The position numbers were made by a program, and so were the translations under genes. Shown here piece after piece: positions 12,228 through 24,842 of a stretch of 64,000 nucleotides of DNA. The first letter of the stretch is position 1. The number at the start of each line of letters is the position of its first letter. The notes below the pieces were generated by a model. It saw nothing but the letters and a program-made list of their open reading frames with translations, had not been told where the DNA came from and did no database searches. Source of the DNA: Okamejei kenojei. Lineage: Eukaryota. The stretch lies in assembly GCA_035221665.1 (NCBI GenBank), contig CM069132.1, forward strand, positions 75,268,001 to 75,332,000, written 5' to 3'.

Positions 12228-12260
12228 CTGATGCTTGAATCATCAGTAGCAGGTACAGAG
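12228..12260 (+). CDS. Candidate host micro-exon (LMLESSVAG[TE])
   Basis: Acceptor ttcacttgatttttcag; only frame 0 is open; donors CAG|gtacag (12252, phase 1) or GAG|gtaagg (12260, phase 0). Confidence 0.45.
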
Positions 12261-12479
12261 GTAAGGGAGGGAGGGAGCGATGGAGGGAAGAAGCAATGGA
12301 GGGAGGGAGCGATGGAAGAATGAAGGCATAGAGGGAGAGAGAGTGAGTGCAGCGAGGAACTGCGGGAAGATCGAAAAATCTGGAGCATGCATTGAGAGAA
12401 AATTGCACTGGACTCTGGGATAAGATGCAAAGAACCATTGGTACTATGAAATGCTGTCTGGAATTGCTGCGTAATAGTT

Positions 12480-12900
12480 TGAGGGTTTGCAACTACTACC
12501 CCTACCCCCTTCTCCTCCACATTCCTTTACTCTCCCCCTCCCCGTGCCCTACCTGGACGTACCTATTTCTGCCCTTCCTCACCCTCGCCAGCTGCATTCC
12601 TTCTGGCTGCACAATTCACATCTCATCAACGCTCTTGTCTTACACTTTCACTTTTTTTTGCATTTCTAGGTTTTGTCCAACCATCTATTAATCAACCGCC
12701 TATCACCAACCCCCTTGCCTGTGTTCACCTATTAAATGCCACATTTTGCTTTGCCCTGCCCTTCCTCTCTTCCAGCTTTCCTCTACCCCACGGCCCCCAG
12801 AATCAGTCTGAAGAAAGGTCCTGACCTAAAACGTCACCTATCCACGTTCTCTAGGTACGCTGCCTGACCCGCTGGTTATACCAGTGCTTTGTATCCTTTT
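12480..12900 (+). mobile_element. Penelope terminal-repeat fragment
   Basis: Pyrimidine-rich 3' region, then cagtctgaagaaaggtcctgacctaaaacgtcacctatcc...gctgcctgacccgctg. Confidence 0.75.
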
Positions 12901-13188
12901 TAACAACTGGGTTGGTTGTGCCATTTTCAGAGGGCAACCAGATTGGTGTGGACACAAAATGCTGGAGTAATTCAGAAGGAGTGACAGCATCTCTGGAGAG
13001 AAGGAATGGGTGGCGTTTTGAGTCAAGACCCTTCTTCAGACTGATGCCAGAGGAGTGGGCAAGACAGAGATAAAATGTAGTCAGAGACAGTAAGACTAGT
13101 GGGAGAACTGGGAAGGGGGAAGGATGGAGAGAAAGAGAAAGCAAGGGCTATTTGAAGCTAGAGAAGTCAATGTTCATACCGCTGGGGT

Positions 13189-15579
13189 CAGGGCCGGCCT
13201 TAAGCCAATTGGACCGATTTCTCCCAATTGGGCCCTGTGCCTAAGGGGAGCCCCTTGTTAATTTTCCGTATTTCATATGGAAATACAAATTCGCTTTGTT
13301 AAATAAAGAATAAAAATAAACATTCGCCATATGGATTTTTTTACAAAACGAACATGGATAACAACCGCTGCACGGCCATCAGACACAAATGATTTGTTAA
13401 CTACTACTGTTAGCACTTGTTAACAGCCAGTAATTAACAAGTAGTGTACAATGTGTCATCAATGCATCGATCCACATTCCTCAGTAAATGTAATTGTATA
13501 TTGAACAAATATTAATGACAATAGACAATAGACAATACATAATAGACAATAGACAATAGATGCAGGAGTAGGCCATTCGGCCCTTTGAGCCAGCACCACC
13601 ATTCAATGTGATCATGGCTGATCATCCACAATCAGTACCCCGTTCCTGCCTTTTCCCCATATCCCCTGACTCCTGCTACCTTCAAGAGCCCTATCCAGCT
13701 CTCTCTTGAAAGCATCCAGAGAACCTGCCTCCACCGCCCTCTGAGGCAAAGAATTCCACACACTCACAACTCTCTGTGAGAAAAAGTGTTTCCTCATCTC
13801 CATTCTAAATGGCTTACCCCTTATTCTTAAACTGTGGCCCCTGGTTCTGGACTCCCCCAACATCGGGAACATGTTTCCAGCCTCCAGAGTGTCCACACCC
13901 TTAACAATCTTATATGTTTCAATAAGGATACCTCTCATCCTTCTAAACTCCAGAGTGTACAAGCCCAGCCGCTCCATTCTCTCAGCATATGACAGCCCCG
14001 CCATCCCAGGAATTAACCTTGTAAACCTACACGGCACTCCCTCTATAGCAAGAATGTCCTTCCTCAAATTAGGGGACCAAAACTGCACACAATACTCCAG
14101 GTGTGGCCTCACTAGGGCTCTGTACAACTGCAGACGGACCTCTTTGCTCCTATACTCGACTCCTCTTGTTATAAAGGCCAACATGCCATTCCCTTTCTTC
14201 ACTGCAATACCTGCTTGCTTACTTTCATAGACTGATGAACAAGGATCTCCAGATCCTGCTGTACTTCCCCTTTTCCAAACTGATGCCATAGTAATCTGCC
14301 TTCCTGTTTTTGCTACCAAAGTGGATAACCTCACATTTCTCCACATTAAACGTCATCTGCCATGCATCCGCCCACTCCCCGAACCTGTCCAAGTCACCCT
14401 GCATTCTCAAAGTATCGCCCTCCCAGTTCACACTGCCACCCAGCTTTGTGTCATCTGCAAATTTGCTAATGTTACTTTGAATCCCTTCATCCAAATCATT
14501 GTCATATTAAGATATGAGGTAATTAAATCATCATATGCTTTAATTTCAGGTCATCCAAGTAAGATATTTAATATTTGTTTCAGAATGCTTCAATCTATAA
14601 TAACTGAACATTTCATTCAGTTTTCTTAATTTTTAAGAAAGTTATGGGCTTTGACTGTCCTCGATCACAGCTTTTGTGTTAAGTCAATGGAAAAGCAATA
14701 GGGTACAAAATGCTAATTTCCAAGTATGAAAATGACCATAACCTTTTTAATACTGAAGATATGAAAGTGAATTAGGTGTCAAATTAAACTTCTTTTTATG
14801 CTTTATCTGGTGGGATAAATTGCAGACTGGATTTTTTAAATCTCAAAATTTTGTAACATTGTTAGAAAATGTACCTGCACCTTGGAGGCTGAAGGTTAGG
14901 TTGTTAGCCAAGAAAGATAGACGTCGTTATCTTTTAAGCCAAGTCTATCGCTCATTGCTCGCTGCTGATGGGAAGCGGCTGTAAAGTGGGAAGCGCCTGT
15001 AAAAGGACAGCACTGCTGGGGGGAGGGGGGGGGGGGGGGGGGTTGGGAGGGGGGAGTTCCTTTCACAGTGTGTGGGTAGTCTGGCCAGGGTAAAGTTGCG
15101 GGAAAGGCAGGAGTGTTGAGAAGGAGGGGGTCGGGGATCATGCCAGCATCCAGCTCAACAGTGGGTCAGCGGGCGATGGATAACAGGACAGCGGGCGGTG
15201 GTGCTTACTTCATATGTCAGGGCGAGTAACCTCAATTGATCCCTTGTTCGCGCTGACACAGAAGTAAGCTCCACCGCCCGCTGTGATGTTACCCATCGCC
15301 CGCTGACCCACTCCGCTCTATGATCCTTGCACCCATTCAGTAATTCAGAAAGAAGGAGATTTGGAAGCCTTGGGCAAATTGAATTGTTTATTTATTTTTA
15401 TTTTTTATTTTTACAGAGGAGAACAATCTGTGCATGCGCGGTTTAAGATTTTTTTAAAGCCGACTGACTGTCATATTACTCACAACACGTGCCTGAATAT
15501 GACTCGTTTATAATTATATATTTATATTTCTGTGAAGATTGTTCCCAATTGCGCCCCGCACCTCCTAAGGCCGGCCCTG
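13189..15579. mobile_element. Non-autonomous hAT-type DNA transposon
   Basis: TIR CAGGGCCGGCCTTA...TAAGGCCGGCCCTG; perfect 8-bp TSD GCTGGGGT (13181-13188 and 15580-15587). Confidence 0.92.
13517..14495 (-). mobile_element. CR1 LINE 3' fragment nested in the hAT element
   Basis: KFADDTKLGG and ALVRPHLEYCVQFWSP; (TATTGTC)n tail at 13517-13560. Confidence 0.93.
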
Positions 15580-16659
15580 GCTGGGGTGTAAACTACCAAT
15601 GCGAAATATGAGGTGCTGTTCTCCAATCTCACTCTGACAATGGAGGAGGCCCAGGACAGAAAGGTCAGATTGGGAATGGGAGGGGGAATTAAAGTGCTGA
15701 GCAACTGGGAAATCAGGTAGGTTTAGGCGGACTGAGTGGTGATGTTCATCGAAACGATCGACGAGTGGTGATGTTCATCGAAACGATCGACGAGCCTGCG
15801 CTTGGTCTCACCGATATTTAGGAGTCCACACCTGAAACAGTGGATACAGTAGATGAGGTTGGAGGAGGTGTCCTTGGATGGAGTTGAAGGAGGAGTTATA
15901 GGGGCAGTTGTTGCATCTCCTGCGGTTGCAGGGGAAAGTACCTGGGGAGGGGTGGTTTGGGTGGGAAGGGATGATTTGACCAGGGAGTTGTGGAGGCAAT
16001 GGAGGTAGCGGAAAGGGGTAGAGAAAAGAAGACATGACTAGTGGTGGAACCCTGTTGGAGGTGGTGAAAATGTCGGAGCATTATGTGCTGTTTGCGACTG
16101 CTGATGGGGTGGAAGGTGAGGACAAGGGGGACTCTGTCCCTGCTGCGACTGGGGGGAGAGAGCACAAGAGTGGAGCTGTGGGATATCGAGGAGACCCTAA
16201 TGAGGGCCTCATCTATGATGGAAGAGGGGATCCCGCTTTCTCTATAGAATGAGGATATCCGACGTCCTGGTATGGAATACCTGATCTTTGGCACAGATGC
16301 AGCGTAGACGGAGGAATTGGGAGTAGGGGATAGAGTCTTTATAGGAAGAATGGTGGAAAGAAGTGGAGTCTAGATAGTTGTGGGAGGCAGTGGGTTTATA
16401 ATAGACGTCAGTCGATCGTCCATCTCCTGTGATGGAAACAGTAAGGTGATGAAATGATAGAAAGATGTCGGAGATGGTCCAAGTGAATTTGAGTGCAGGA
16501 TGGAAATTAGTAGTAAAGTTAATGAAGTCAGTGATTTCTGCATGGGTGAAAGAGGTAGCACTGATGCAGTCGTCAATGTACCTTCTGGATCCACTAGACT
16601 AGTAGCAGCCACTGTGTTCCTGCTTGCATATCTGGCATTATTGATTGCTTAAATTGATT

Positions 16660-16905
16660 GAAAGGTACAGCATGGAAACAGGCCCTTCAGCCCACCGAGT
16701 CCTCGCTCGATTAAACCACGCATCTTCATTCAATGTCATCCCACTTTCGCATCCACTCCCTACACACTAGGAGCCAATTAACCTACAAACCCACACATCT
16801 TTGGGATGTAGGAGGAAACCCATGCAGTCACACAAATAATGTGCAAACTCCACAGACTGCATTCAAGGTCAGGATTGACCCCGAGTCTCTGACGCTCTGA
16901 GGCAT
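16660..16905 (-). mobile_element. V-SINE (HE1-like), degraded
   Basis: Reverse complement of the tRNA head/V-domain plus CR1-like tail gggcctgtttccatgctgta. Confidence 0.75.
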
Positions 16906-17126
16906 TAGTTTTAAATACTCTCAATATGATTGAAGAAAGTCTGATACAAAAGGCAATGTTCCAGATCATGAGAGGTTGTCTTTATTACAATGCTGTGCTT
17001 TACAAGATAAATGACAGCGTGAATCATAAAGGTAGTACTTCTACTGTTTATAATGGTGACTGACGACACCATATCTGAGGAGATATAGATTTATAACCAC
17101 TGCATTCTCTGATGGTTCTTCTCCAG

Positions 17127-17195
17127 GATGTCTGCGACTGAAGGAAAATGTTCCGTCTCCAGATAACCCGTTTTATCTACTGTTGCAGCGAATAA
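17127..17195 (+). CDS. Candidate host exon (CLRLKENVPSPDNPFYLLLQRI)
   Basis: Acceptor ggttcttctccag; only the phase-1 frame is open; donor weak/uncertain (17195 or 17201). Confidence 0.45.
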
Positions 17196-17846
17196 GTGCA
17201 AGTCTGATTTGTATTCTCATTAAGAAAATCAATTGTGCGAGAGCGCGGAATTGATTCTATTTCTTCAGCTGCCCAAGGTGGAGTTAGGTGCAGCTTCACT
17301 TCATTAACTGAATAATGTGGCAGTGTGTGAGATTAAATTGGCTGTGGGAATGCATCACTTGGGAAGATAAATAATAATCTGAAGTGACAGTGTCCATTTC
17401 ATATTATTGATCCAGTTTAAGAGCAACCCATGGAAAGATTTGACGGGTGGACGTGGAGGATTTTGAGTTCACCAGGTCTCTGTGCTATCGCATTGAATCT
17501 GCTACTCATGCTCAATGATGGACTTATAAATGTAAGCAGTTTGACTAGATTCACTATGATGTCCAACATTCTCTCCTGACATCTACGTTCGCCCTGCAAA
17601 GCAATATCCCAGTAAACAATCTGCCACAATCAGTATTTAGAGAACACTTCAAAATATAGCAGCAAAATCTGCTGCAGTCCCAATAAAATAAACAACTTGA
17701 CACAAAAGAAGTGTAAGATCTATACCCCAAATATAATTTTAAGACAAGAACTATTGCATTACTAGTTCTAAATAAGTTAAATTCAGTCTTTGGGAAGTGA
17801 GCATGAATTTTGCATTGATATATACTTTTTAATTGATGTTGAGTTA

Positions 17847-18066
17847 TGTGACATAGTGGCGGTCCCTGGGGGGTAGGCCACTTCTTGAATCATCCTCCTC
17901 GCCGATTGAGTGACAGAGGCGTTGGTCTGCCACGGGGTTTCCTGACCACCCCTGGGTGTGTGCTCTCAGTGTGCGTGGTGTGCGATCGCTGTAGGGATTA
18001 AAGGACTACTGTTTAAACATGCCTAGCGTCTGGTCTTTTCCTGACCTCGTCTAGGCCACTACAACA
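17847..18066 (+). mobile_element. Possible solo LTR
   Basis: TGT..TAGTGGC / GCCACTA..ACA inverted ends, ATTAAA ~65 bp before the 3' end, GC-richer than flanks; no clear TSD. Confidence 0.3.
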
Positions 18067-18249
18067 TATAATGGTGAAGAAATATAGACTTACTAACATA
18101 CTGAGAGCATAGTGCAGCACAGGTCTGAATAAATAAAACTATGACTATCAAATGTTCAATCATGTTTCAAAGGCAAAATGGGTGGTGCAAAGTTTAGACA
18201 TTTATGAAAGGGATGGGAGGGAGGTGATATATGGGCGTGTAGATTTTCA

Positions 18250-20150
18250 AGAGTCAAGAGTGATAAATTGTCATATGTACTGGCAATGGAACAATGACAT
18301 CCTTACTAGCTATGGTTTACCAGGCACGTTAACACAATAACACACTGACAGGTATATAATAATCAATAACACAATAAATTAACAATTGTAATATTAGGTA
18401 ACAATAATAGTACAAAGCCAAGTGGATAGTACATCCAATGAACCAGTCCATGGAAGATCATTGTTGCTGAGGTTAGTGATGTGTCGTGTTCAAGAGCCTG
18501 ATAGTTGCTGGGAAGAAGCTGTTCTTGAACCTGGTGACATAGTTTTCAGGCTCCTGTACTTTCTTCCCAACAATAGGTGAAACAAGAGTGTGACCAGGGT
18601 GATGTGGGTCTTTGATGACATTGGCTGCCTTATTGAGGCAGCACCTCCTACAGATCCCCTTGATGACATGGATGTCAGTACCCATGATGGACTGGGTTGA
18701 GGCCCGGCAATCCCCTCTTGAAGTGAACAGTCAGTTCCTTGGTCTTGCAAAGACTGAGAGCAAGATTTTTGTTTGGGCAACATTTAATCAGAATTTCAAT
18801 CCCCCTCCTGCATTCTGACTCACCATTACCTGTGATTCGTCCAACAATGGTGGTATTGTTGGCATATCTAAAGGTGGTGCTGGAGCTGTGTCTGGCTCCA
18901 CAGTCATGAGAAACAGAGGGCTGAGCACACGGCCTTGCTCCCGTGTTGGTTATCGAGGAGGAACTGTTGCTGCCAATTCATATTGATTGCAATCTGCCAA
19001 GAAGAGGCCCAGAATCCGATTACATATGAGCAGAAACCCAGTCCTCTGAGTTTTATGGTAGACAAAAATTCTGGAGAAACTCAGCGGGTGAGGCAGCCTA
19101 TGGAGCGAAGGAATAGGTGACGTTTCGGGTCAAGACCTTTCTTCAGACTGATGTAGAGGTGGAGGTGGGGGGGGGGGGGGCGGGAAGAAGAAAGGAAGAG
19201 GCGGAGACAGTAGGGTGTGGGAGACCTGGGAAGGGAAGGGGAAGGAGGGAGAAGGCAAGGACTACCTGAAATTGGAGGTCAATGATAACTTTGCAGGGGA
19301 TGATGGTGCTGAATGCCAAGCTGCAACCGACAAATAGTGGCCTGGAAAATGTGTTCTTATTGTCCAAGTGATCCAGTGCAGAGTAGAGATCCAACGAGAT
19401 TGCATCCCTGTTGATCTTTGTTGGTGGTAGGTGAATTATAGTGGGTTTAGGTTCTAAAACAGGAGTTGATATGCATCATAACCAACCTCTCAAACCATTT
19501 AATCGCAGCAGGTGTGACTGCAACTGACAAGTATTCATTAAGGCATGTCACTGTACTCTTCTTGGGTTTTATTGATATATATTTAAAGCAAGTGAGAACC
19601 TCAGACCTTAGTAATGAGAGATTGTTGATGTCCACAAGACCCCAGCTTGCTGGTCCAAGCAGGCTTTAGGAATACGGGCCGGACACTTTCCAAGGGTTCT
19701 CCCTCATGAAGGCTCTTCCGATATCGGCCTCGGTGACTGAGATTATAGTGTTGCCCAGTGTTATGGGAGCCCAAGAAGGTATATATCAATGATCTCCTTT
19801 CTAAAGAGAGGATAGAAAGCATTGAGCTCATCCCAGAGTGATGTCTTGCTGTTACTTGAGCTGCTCCTTGGTTTCACTTGGTAGAAAGTGATGGCGTGCA
19901 AGTCCTGCCACAGCTGCCTCATTCTCCAGTTTAGACAGGAATTGTCCCTTTGCTTTTCAGATGGCCTTACTGAGGTCATACCAAGACTCTGTATTGTCAG
20001 ACTTAACTGCCCAAGACCTGGTCCTCAATAGATTGCAGATTCCTGGTTTATCCAAGGCTTCCAATTAAGGAACATTCAGATAACCTTCATGTGAACACAC
20101 ACCTCCATACTTTTATTAATGGAGTTGGTTGTTCTGACTGACAGCTGAGG
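18250..20150 (-). mobile_element. Rex1/Babar LINE, degraded and internally deleted, with a Penelope tail inserted at ~19058-19282
   Basis: KAANVIKDPHHPGH, HLDNKNT..R.LFV..SLAF.TIIP, CLNEY..VA.TP...K.FERLV. Confidence 0.85.
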
Positions 20151-21296
20151 AAAAAGACATTTTGAGATTTATGGTATACTAGACGAAGTGGGACCCGTTG
20201 GGTCCCAGCTTCACACGGGAGGGGTGGTCGCCCAATGCAATATATTCCACCTCTCCACCAATTCCAATATTGCTGGCCAGTTGGGGGGGGGGGGGGGGGG
20301 GGGGGGGGGGCTTTCTGGTGCGCTAGTATGTGTGTTGTGGGTCAAAGTTTCCAGAAGGCTAGTTTGCACATTGTGGGCCAAATGGATTCTTGGGCTGGCA
20401 ACTAAGTCACTCTGGCCAGGCAGCTCAGTTGCTCTGGCCAGGCAGCATTTTAGAACGAATAGAGACACTTTTTGCAAGCATTTTAGAACCAATAGACACT
20501 TTTTGCAAGCATTTTAGAACCAATAGAGGTGGCCTGACACTCTTTTAGCAAGCATTTTAGAACCAATAGAGACACTCTTTCAGCAAGCATTTTAGACCCA
20601 ATTGAGACATTCATTAAGCAACCATTTTAGACCCAATAGACACCTTCTGCAACCATTTTAGATCCAATAGATATTTTCTGAAACCATTTTAGACCCAATG
20701 GACACTTTCTGCAACCATTTAGACACAATAGACACTTTTTGCAAACATTTAGAACTAATAGACAATTTCTGCAACCATTTAGAACCAATAGGCACTTTCC
20801 GAAAGCATTTAGAACCAATAGGCACTTTTTGCAACTATTTAGAACAAATAGAAACGTTCTGCAAGCATTTTAGAACTAATAGCCACTTTCTGCAAGCATT
20901 TTAGAACCAAGAGACAATTTCCGCAAGCATTTTAGAAACAAAAGACACTTTCCGCAAGCAATTTAGAACCAATAGAGATACTTTCTGCAAGCATTTTAGA
21001 ACCAATAGAGACACTTGCAGGAGTTTGCAAGCATTTTAGAACCAATAGCCACTTTCAGCAAGCATTTTAGAACCAAGACTTTCTGCAAGCATTTTAGAAC
21101 CAAGGGACACTTTCCGCAAGCATTTTAGAGCCAATAGAGACATTTTTGCAAACATTTTAGAACCAATAGGGACACCTTTTGCAAGCATGTTAGAACCAAT
21201 AGGGACATTTTTTGCAAGCATTTTAGAACCAATAGAGACCTTCTGCAAGCATTTTAGAACCAGTAGACACCTGCAAGCATTTTAGAACCAATATGT

Positions 21297-21598
21297 CTAC
21301 AGTCTAAGGATAAGGGGGAATTCCTTTAGGACCGAGATGAGGAAAACATTCTTTACACAGAGAGTGGTGAGTCTCTGGAATTCTCTGCCACTGAAGGTCG
21401 TTGAGGCCAGTTCATTGGCTATATTCAAAAGGGAGTTGGATGTGGCTCTTGTGGCTAAAGGGATCAGGGGGTATGGAGAGAAGGCAGGTACGGGATACTG
21501 AGTTGGATAATCAGCCATGATCATATTGAATGGCGGTGCAGGCTCGAAGGGCTGAATGGCCTACTCCTGCACCTATTTTTCTATGTTTCTATGTTTCT
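21297..21598 (+). mobile_element. CR1 3' fragment inserted in the satellite
   Basis: SLRIRG.SFRTEMRKTFFTQRVVSLWNSLP plus ttctatgtttctatg tail; near-identical to 49980-50290. Confidence 0.93.
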
Positions 21599-22694
21599 AA
21601 TAGACACTCTTTCAGCAAGCATTTTCAGAACCAATAGGGACACTCTTTCAGCAAGCATTTTAGAACCAATAGACAACTTTCTGCAGGCATTTTAGAACCA
21701 AGTTAGACACTTTCTGCCAGCATTTTAGAACCAAGGGACACTTTCTGCCAGCATTTTAGAACCAAGAGACACTTTCTGCAAGCATTTTAGAACCATAGAG
21801 ACACTTTTCTGCAAGCATTTTAGAACCAAGAGACACATTTTTAGAACCAAGAGACACTTTTGCCCAAGCATTTTAGAACCATAGGACACTTTCTGCAAGC
21901 ATTTTAGAACCAAGAGACACTATTTGCAAGCATTTTAGAACCAATAGAAAATTTTTTTTTTGCAAGCATTTTAGAACCGATAGAGACAACTTTCTGCAAA
22001 CAATTTAGACCAATAGAGACACTTTCTGCAAGCATTTTACTACCAATAGACACTTTCTGCAAGCATTTTCAAACCAATAGAACTTTTTTGCAAGATATTT
22101 TAGAACCAAAATAAAAATTTTTTTTGCAATCACTTTAGAACCAATAGATTTTTTTGCAACCTTTTTTATTAGCACTCACCATTGAGTAGATATATGTTCA
22201 GCTATTAAAGAGAGACTGAATGAGGCACAACTGGCTTCCTCCATCATTGCAGAGACTGAGTGAGGCACACCATTCCTTATAGGCAGGGGCCAGTGAGAAT
22301 GGAAATATTTTCAAACAGTAGATCGCCCTGATTTTTCATCGATCGTGACGAGAGGCCAAAAATGAATAGCACTTTCTGCTGCAGAACCAAGAGAGAGAGA
22401 GCGGGATGGAGAGAGCCGAGAGAGAGAGAGAGAGAGAGAGAGATGAGCAATAGAGAAAGTATTTTAGACCATCACTCTTTCAGCTAAGCATTCCTTTAAG
22501 AGAACTCTTTCCAAATTTTAGAACTTCCCTGCTGCAAGCAATTTAGAACCAATAGCCACTTTTTGCAAGCATTTTAGAACCAATAGACACTTTTTGCAAG
22601 CAATTTAGAACCAATAGAGACACTTTTTGCAAGCAATTTAGAACCAAATAGACACTTTTTGCAAGCAAAATTTTAGAATTTAACATTTTCCAAT

Positions 22695-23200
22695 AGAGAT
22701 GGTATCCTGCATTTTAGCCACAAGCAACATCCAACTCATTAAATATAGCCAATGAACTGGCTACCCTCTGTGGCAGAGAGTTCCAGAGATCACCAGAAAA
22801 AACTTTCTCAGTCTTTCCCCCTTATCCTTAAGCTGTGACCCCTTGTCCTGGACTTCCCCAACATCAACAATCCTTGCAATTAGCCTGCTAAGTTTCTTAA
22901 GAATTTTCCAGAGCGTATAGAGTCTATCCAGTCTTTTCCTGCTAGCATTTGGTAGAACTCCCTCTATGGCAATAAGAGATTTGCAACTGTGCGCACTCCA
23001 GGTGTGGTCTCACCAAGACCCTGTACAACTGAAGTAGACCCCCTGACTGTACTCAAATTTTTGCTATGAAAGCTAACATACCATTCGCTTTTTTTCACTG
23101 CCTGCTGCCCTGCATGCCTACTTTCAATGACCTGGTGTACCATGACACCCAGGTCTCGCTGCATCTCCCCTTTTGGCTAATCGCCACCATTTAAATAATA
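22695..23200 (-). mobile_element. CR1 fragment riddled with small deletions
   Basis: Recognisable MQRDLGVMVHQ and ALVRPHLE remnants, with short deletions throughout. Confidence 0.75.
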
Positions 23201-24659
23201 ATAACAATTTAGAACCAATAGACACTTTTTGCAAGCATTTTAGAACCAATAGACACTTTTTGCAAGCATTTTAGAACCAGAGACACTTTTTGCAAGCATT
23301 TTAGAACCAAAAAAATACGCTTTTTGCAACCATTTTAGAACCAATAGACATTTTTTTGCAACCTTTTTAGAACCACATTAAGGGTACTCACAGCTGAGTA
23401 GACATGTGTTTAGTGCTATTCTGAATTCAGAGAGACTGAGTGAGGCACACCACTGGCTTCCTCCATCTTGCAGAGACTGAGTGAGGCACACCACTTCCTG
23501 GTTTTATAGTCCCTCCTCCTCCCTCCAGCAGGGGCTGCAGAGAGAATGGGAAATATTTTCAAAACAGTAATATTGCTCTGATTTTTCATCGATGGGAAAA
23601 ATCCTCTGGTCCTGGAAGGCAGAGGAGGGCTCTGAGCGAGGTGGCCAAAAATGACGGCCGTAGGTGGCGGTGTTCTCTCGGAAATCACAGCACAGCAAGC
23701 CAAAAGTGGTCTTGATCAGACTTTTAGTAATATAGATATAGATAGAAGATAGATAGATAGATAGCAACACTTTTTGCAAGCATTTTAGAACCAATAGACA
23801 CCATCTGCAAGCATTTTAGAACCAATTGACACTCTTTCAGCAAGCATTTTAGAATCAATAGAGACACTCTTTCAGCAAGCATTTTAGAACCAATAGAGAC
23901 ACTCTTTCAGCAAGTATTTTAGAACCAATAGAGACACTCTTTCAGGAAGCATTTTAGAACCAATAGAGACACTCTTTCAGCAAGCATTTTAGAACCAATA
24001 GAGACCCCTCCCTCCAGCAGGGGCAGCAGAGAGAATCGGGAATATTTTAAAAACAGTAATATCCCTCTGATTTTTCATCGACGGGAAAAATCCTCTGGTC
24101 CTGTAAGGTGGAGGAGGGTTCTGAGCGAGGTTGCCAAAAATGACGACCGCAGGTGGCGGCGTTCTCTCGGACATCACAGCACAGCGAGCCAAAAGCGGTC
24201 AAGATCAGGCTTCTAGTAATATAGTAGAAGACAGTAGAAGATAGATAGATATAGATTTGTAGCCTCTTTGATTGGAGAAATTTCTGAAATTCAGCGATTC
24301 ACTCACTTAGTTGAGTCTTTTGTTCTTTAACTGTCAAATATCCAGGTGGTTTATGAGAAAGATGCACATTTCTCTAGCGCCTTTCATAGCCTCGCCATGC
24401 CCCAAGGTGTTTTGTGCCAAGGAAGGACAGATTAATATACAGTCACAGTTGCAATGTAGGAAACACTAAGGTAAACACAAAAAGCTCACACAAAGAGCAA
24501 TGAGGTCAATACTCCTATAGTTATCCATAATTCAATATGTGTTGTCTTGCAACACCAACTTCCACTTATTTAGCATTTTTAGTTTTCCAAAACATCTTAA
24601 AATGCTTTACAGCAGAATTATTAAATGAAAATTGATCATGAGCTACATCGGGAGTTGTT

Positions 24660-24829
24660 AGGGGAGGTGGCCCTTGTGGCTGAAGGGATCAGGGGGTATG
24701 GAGAGAAGGCAGGTAGGTACAGGATACTGAATTGGATGATCAGCCATGATCATATTGAATGGCGGTGCAGGCTCGAAGGGCCGAATGGCCTGCTCCTGCA
24801 CCTAATTTCTATGTTTCTATGTTTCTATG
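24660..24829 (+). mobile_element. CR1 3' tail
   Basis: gggatcagggggtatggagagaaggcagg...ttctatgtttctatgtttctatg. Confidence 0.9.
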
Positions 24830-24842
24830 ATCAAAAGTCTGT

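Larger units (their letters stand above)
12950..16582 (-). mobile_element. Penelope-like retroelement (RT C-terminus, GIY-YIG, tail) split by a hAT element
   Basis: Translations ..RDRVPLVLTFHP.., PGTFPCNRRRC and YID; continuous across the 13189-15579 insertion. Confidence 0.85.
20440..24003. repeat. ~30-33 bp tandem satellite, consensus GCAAGCATTTTAGAACCAATAG(AG)ACACTTT(T/CT)
   Basis: Several dozen units in blocks at 20440-21293, 21598-22160, 22520-22690, 23205-23375 and 23765-24003. Confidence 0.97.
20179..24255 (-). mobile_element. Non-autonomous Helitron carrying a satellite array and repeated 5' modules
   Basis: Minus-strand 3' end: hairpin at 20190-20206 and CTAG at 20179-20182 followed by T; 5' end A|TCTATATCTATC..TATATTACTAGAAGCCTGATC near 24255; 5' module repeated at ~23380-23760 and ~22170-22400. 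Confidence 0.8.

Noticed and set aside
23521-23540. CTCF motif in the Helitron 5' module (also 24011)
   Set aside because: CCAGCAGGGGC is one base short of the CCASYAGRKGGC spacing.
20440-24003. CRISPR-like array of ~31-bp repeats
   Set aside because: Units are head-to-tail with no unique spacers, there are no cas genes and the context is eukaryotic; it is a satellite.
24344-24406. Possible exon VVYEKDAHFSSAFHSLAMPQ
   Set aside because: Overlaps a tagcgcctttca..cccaa motif typical of a LINE/SINE tail remnant; donor is weak.
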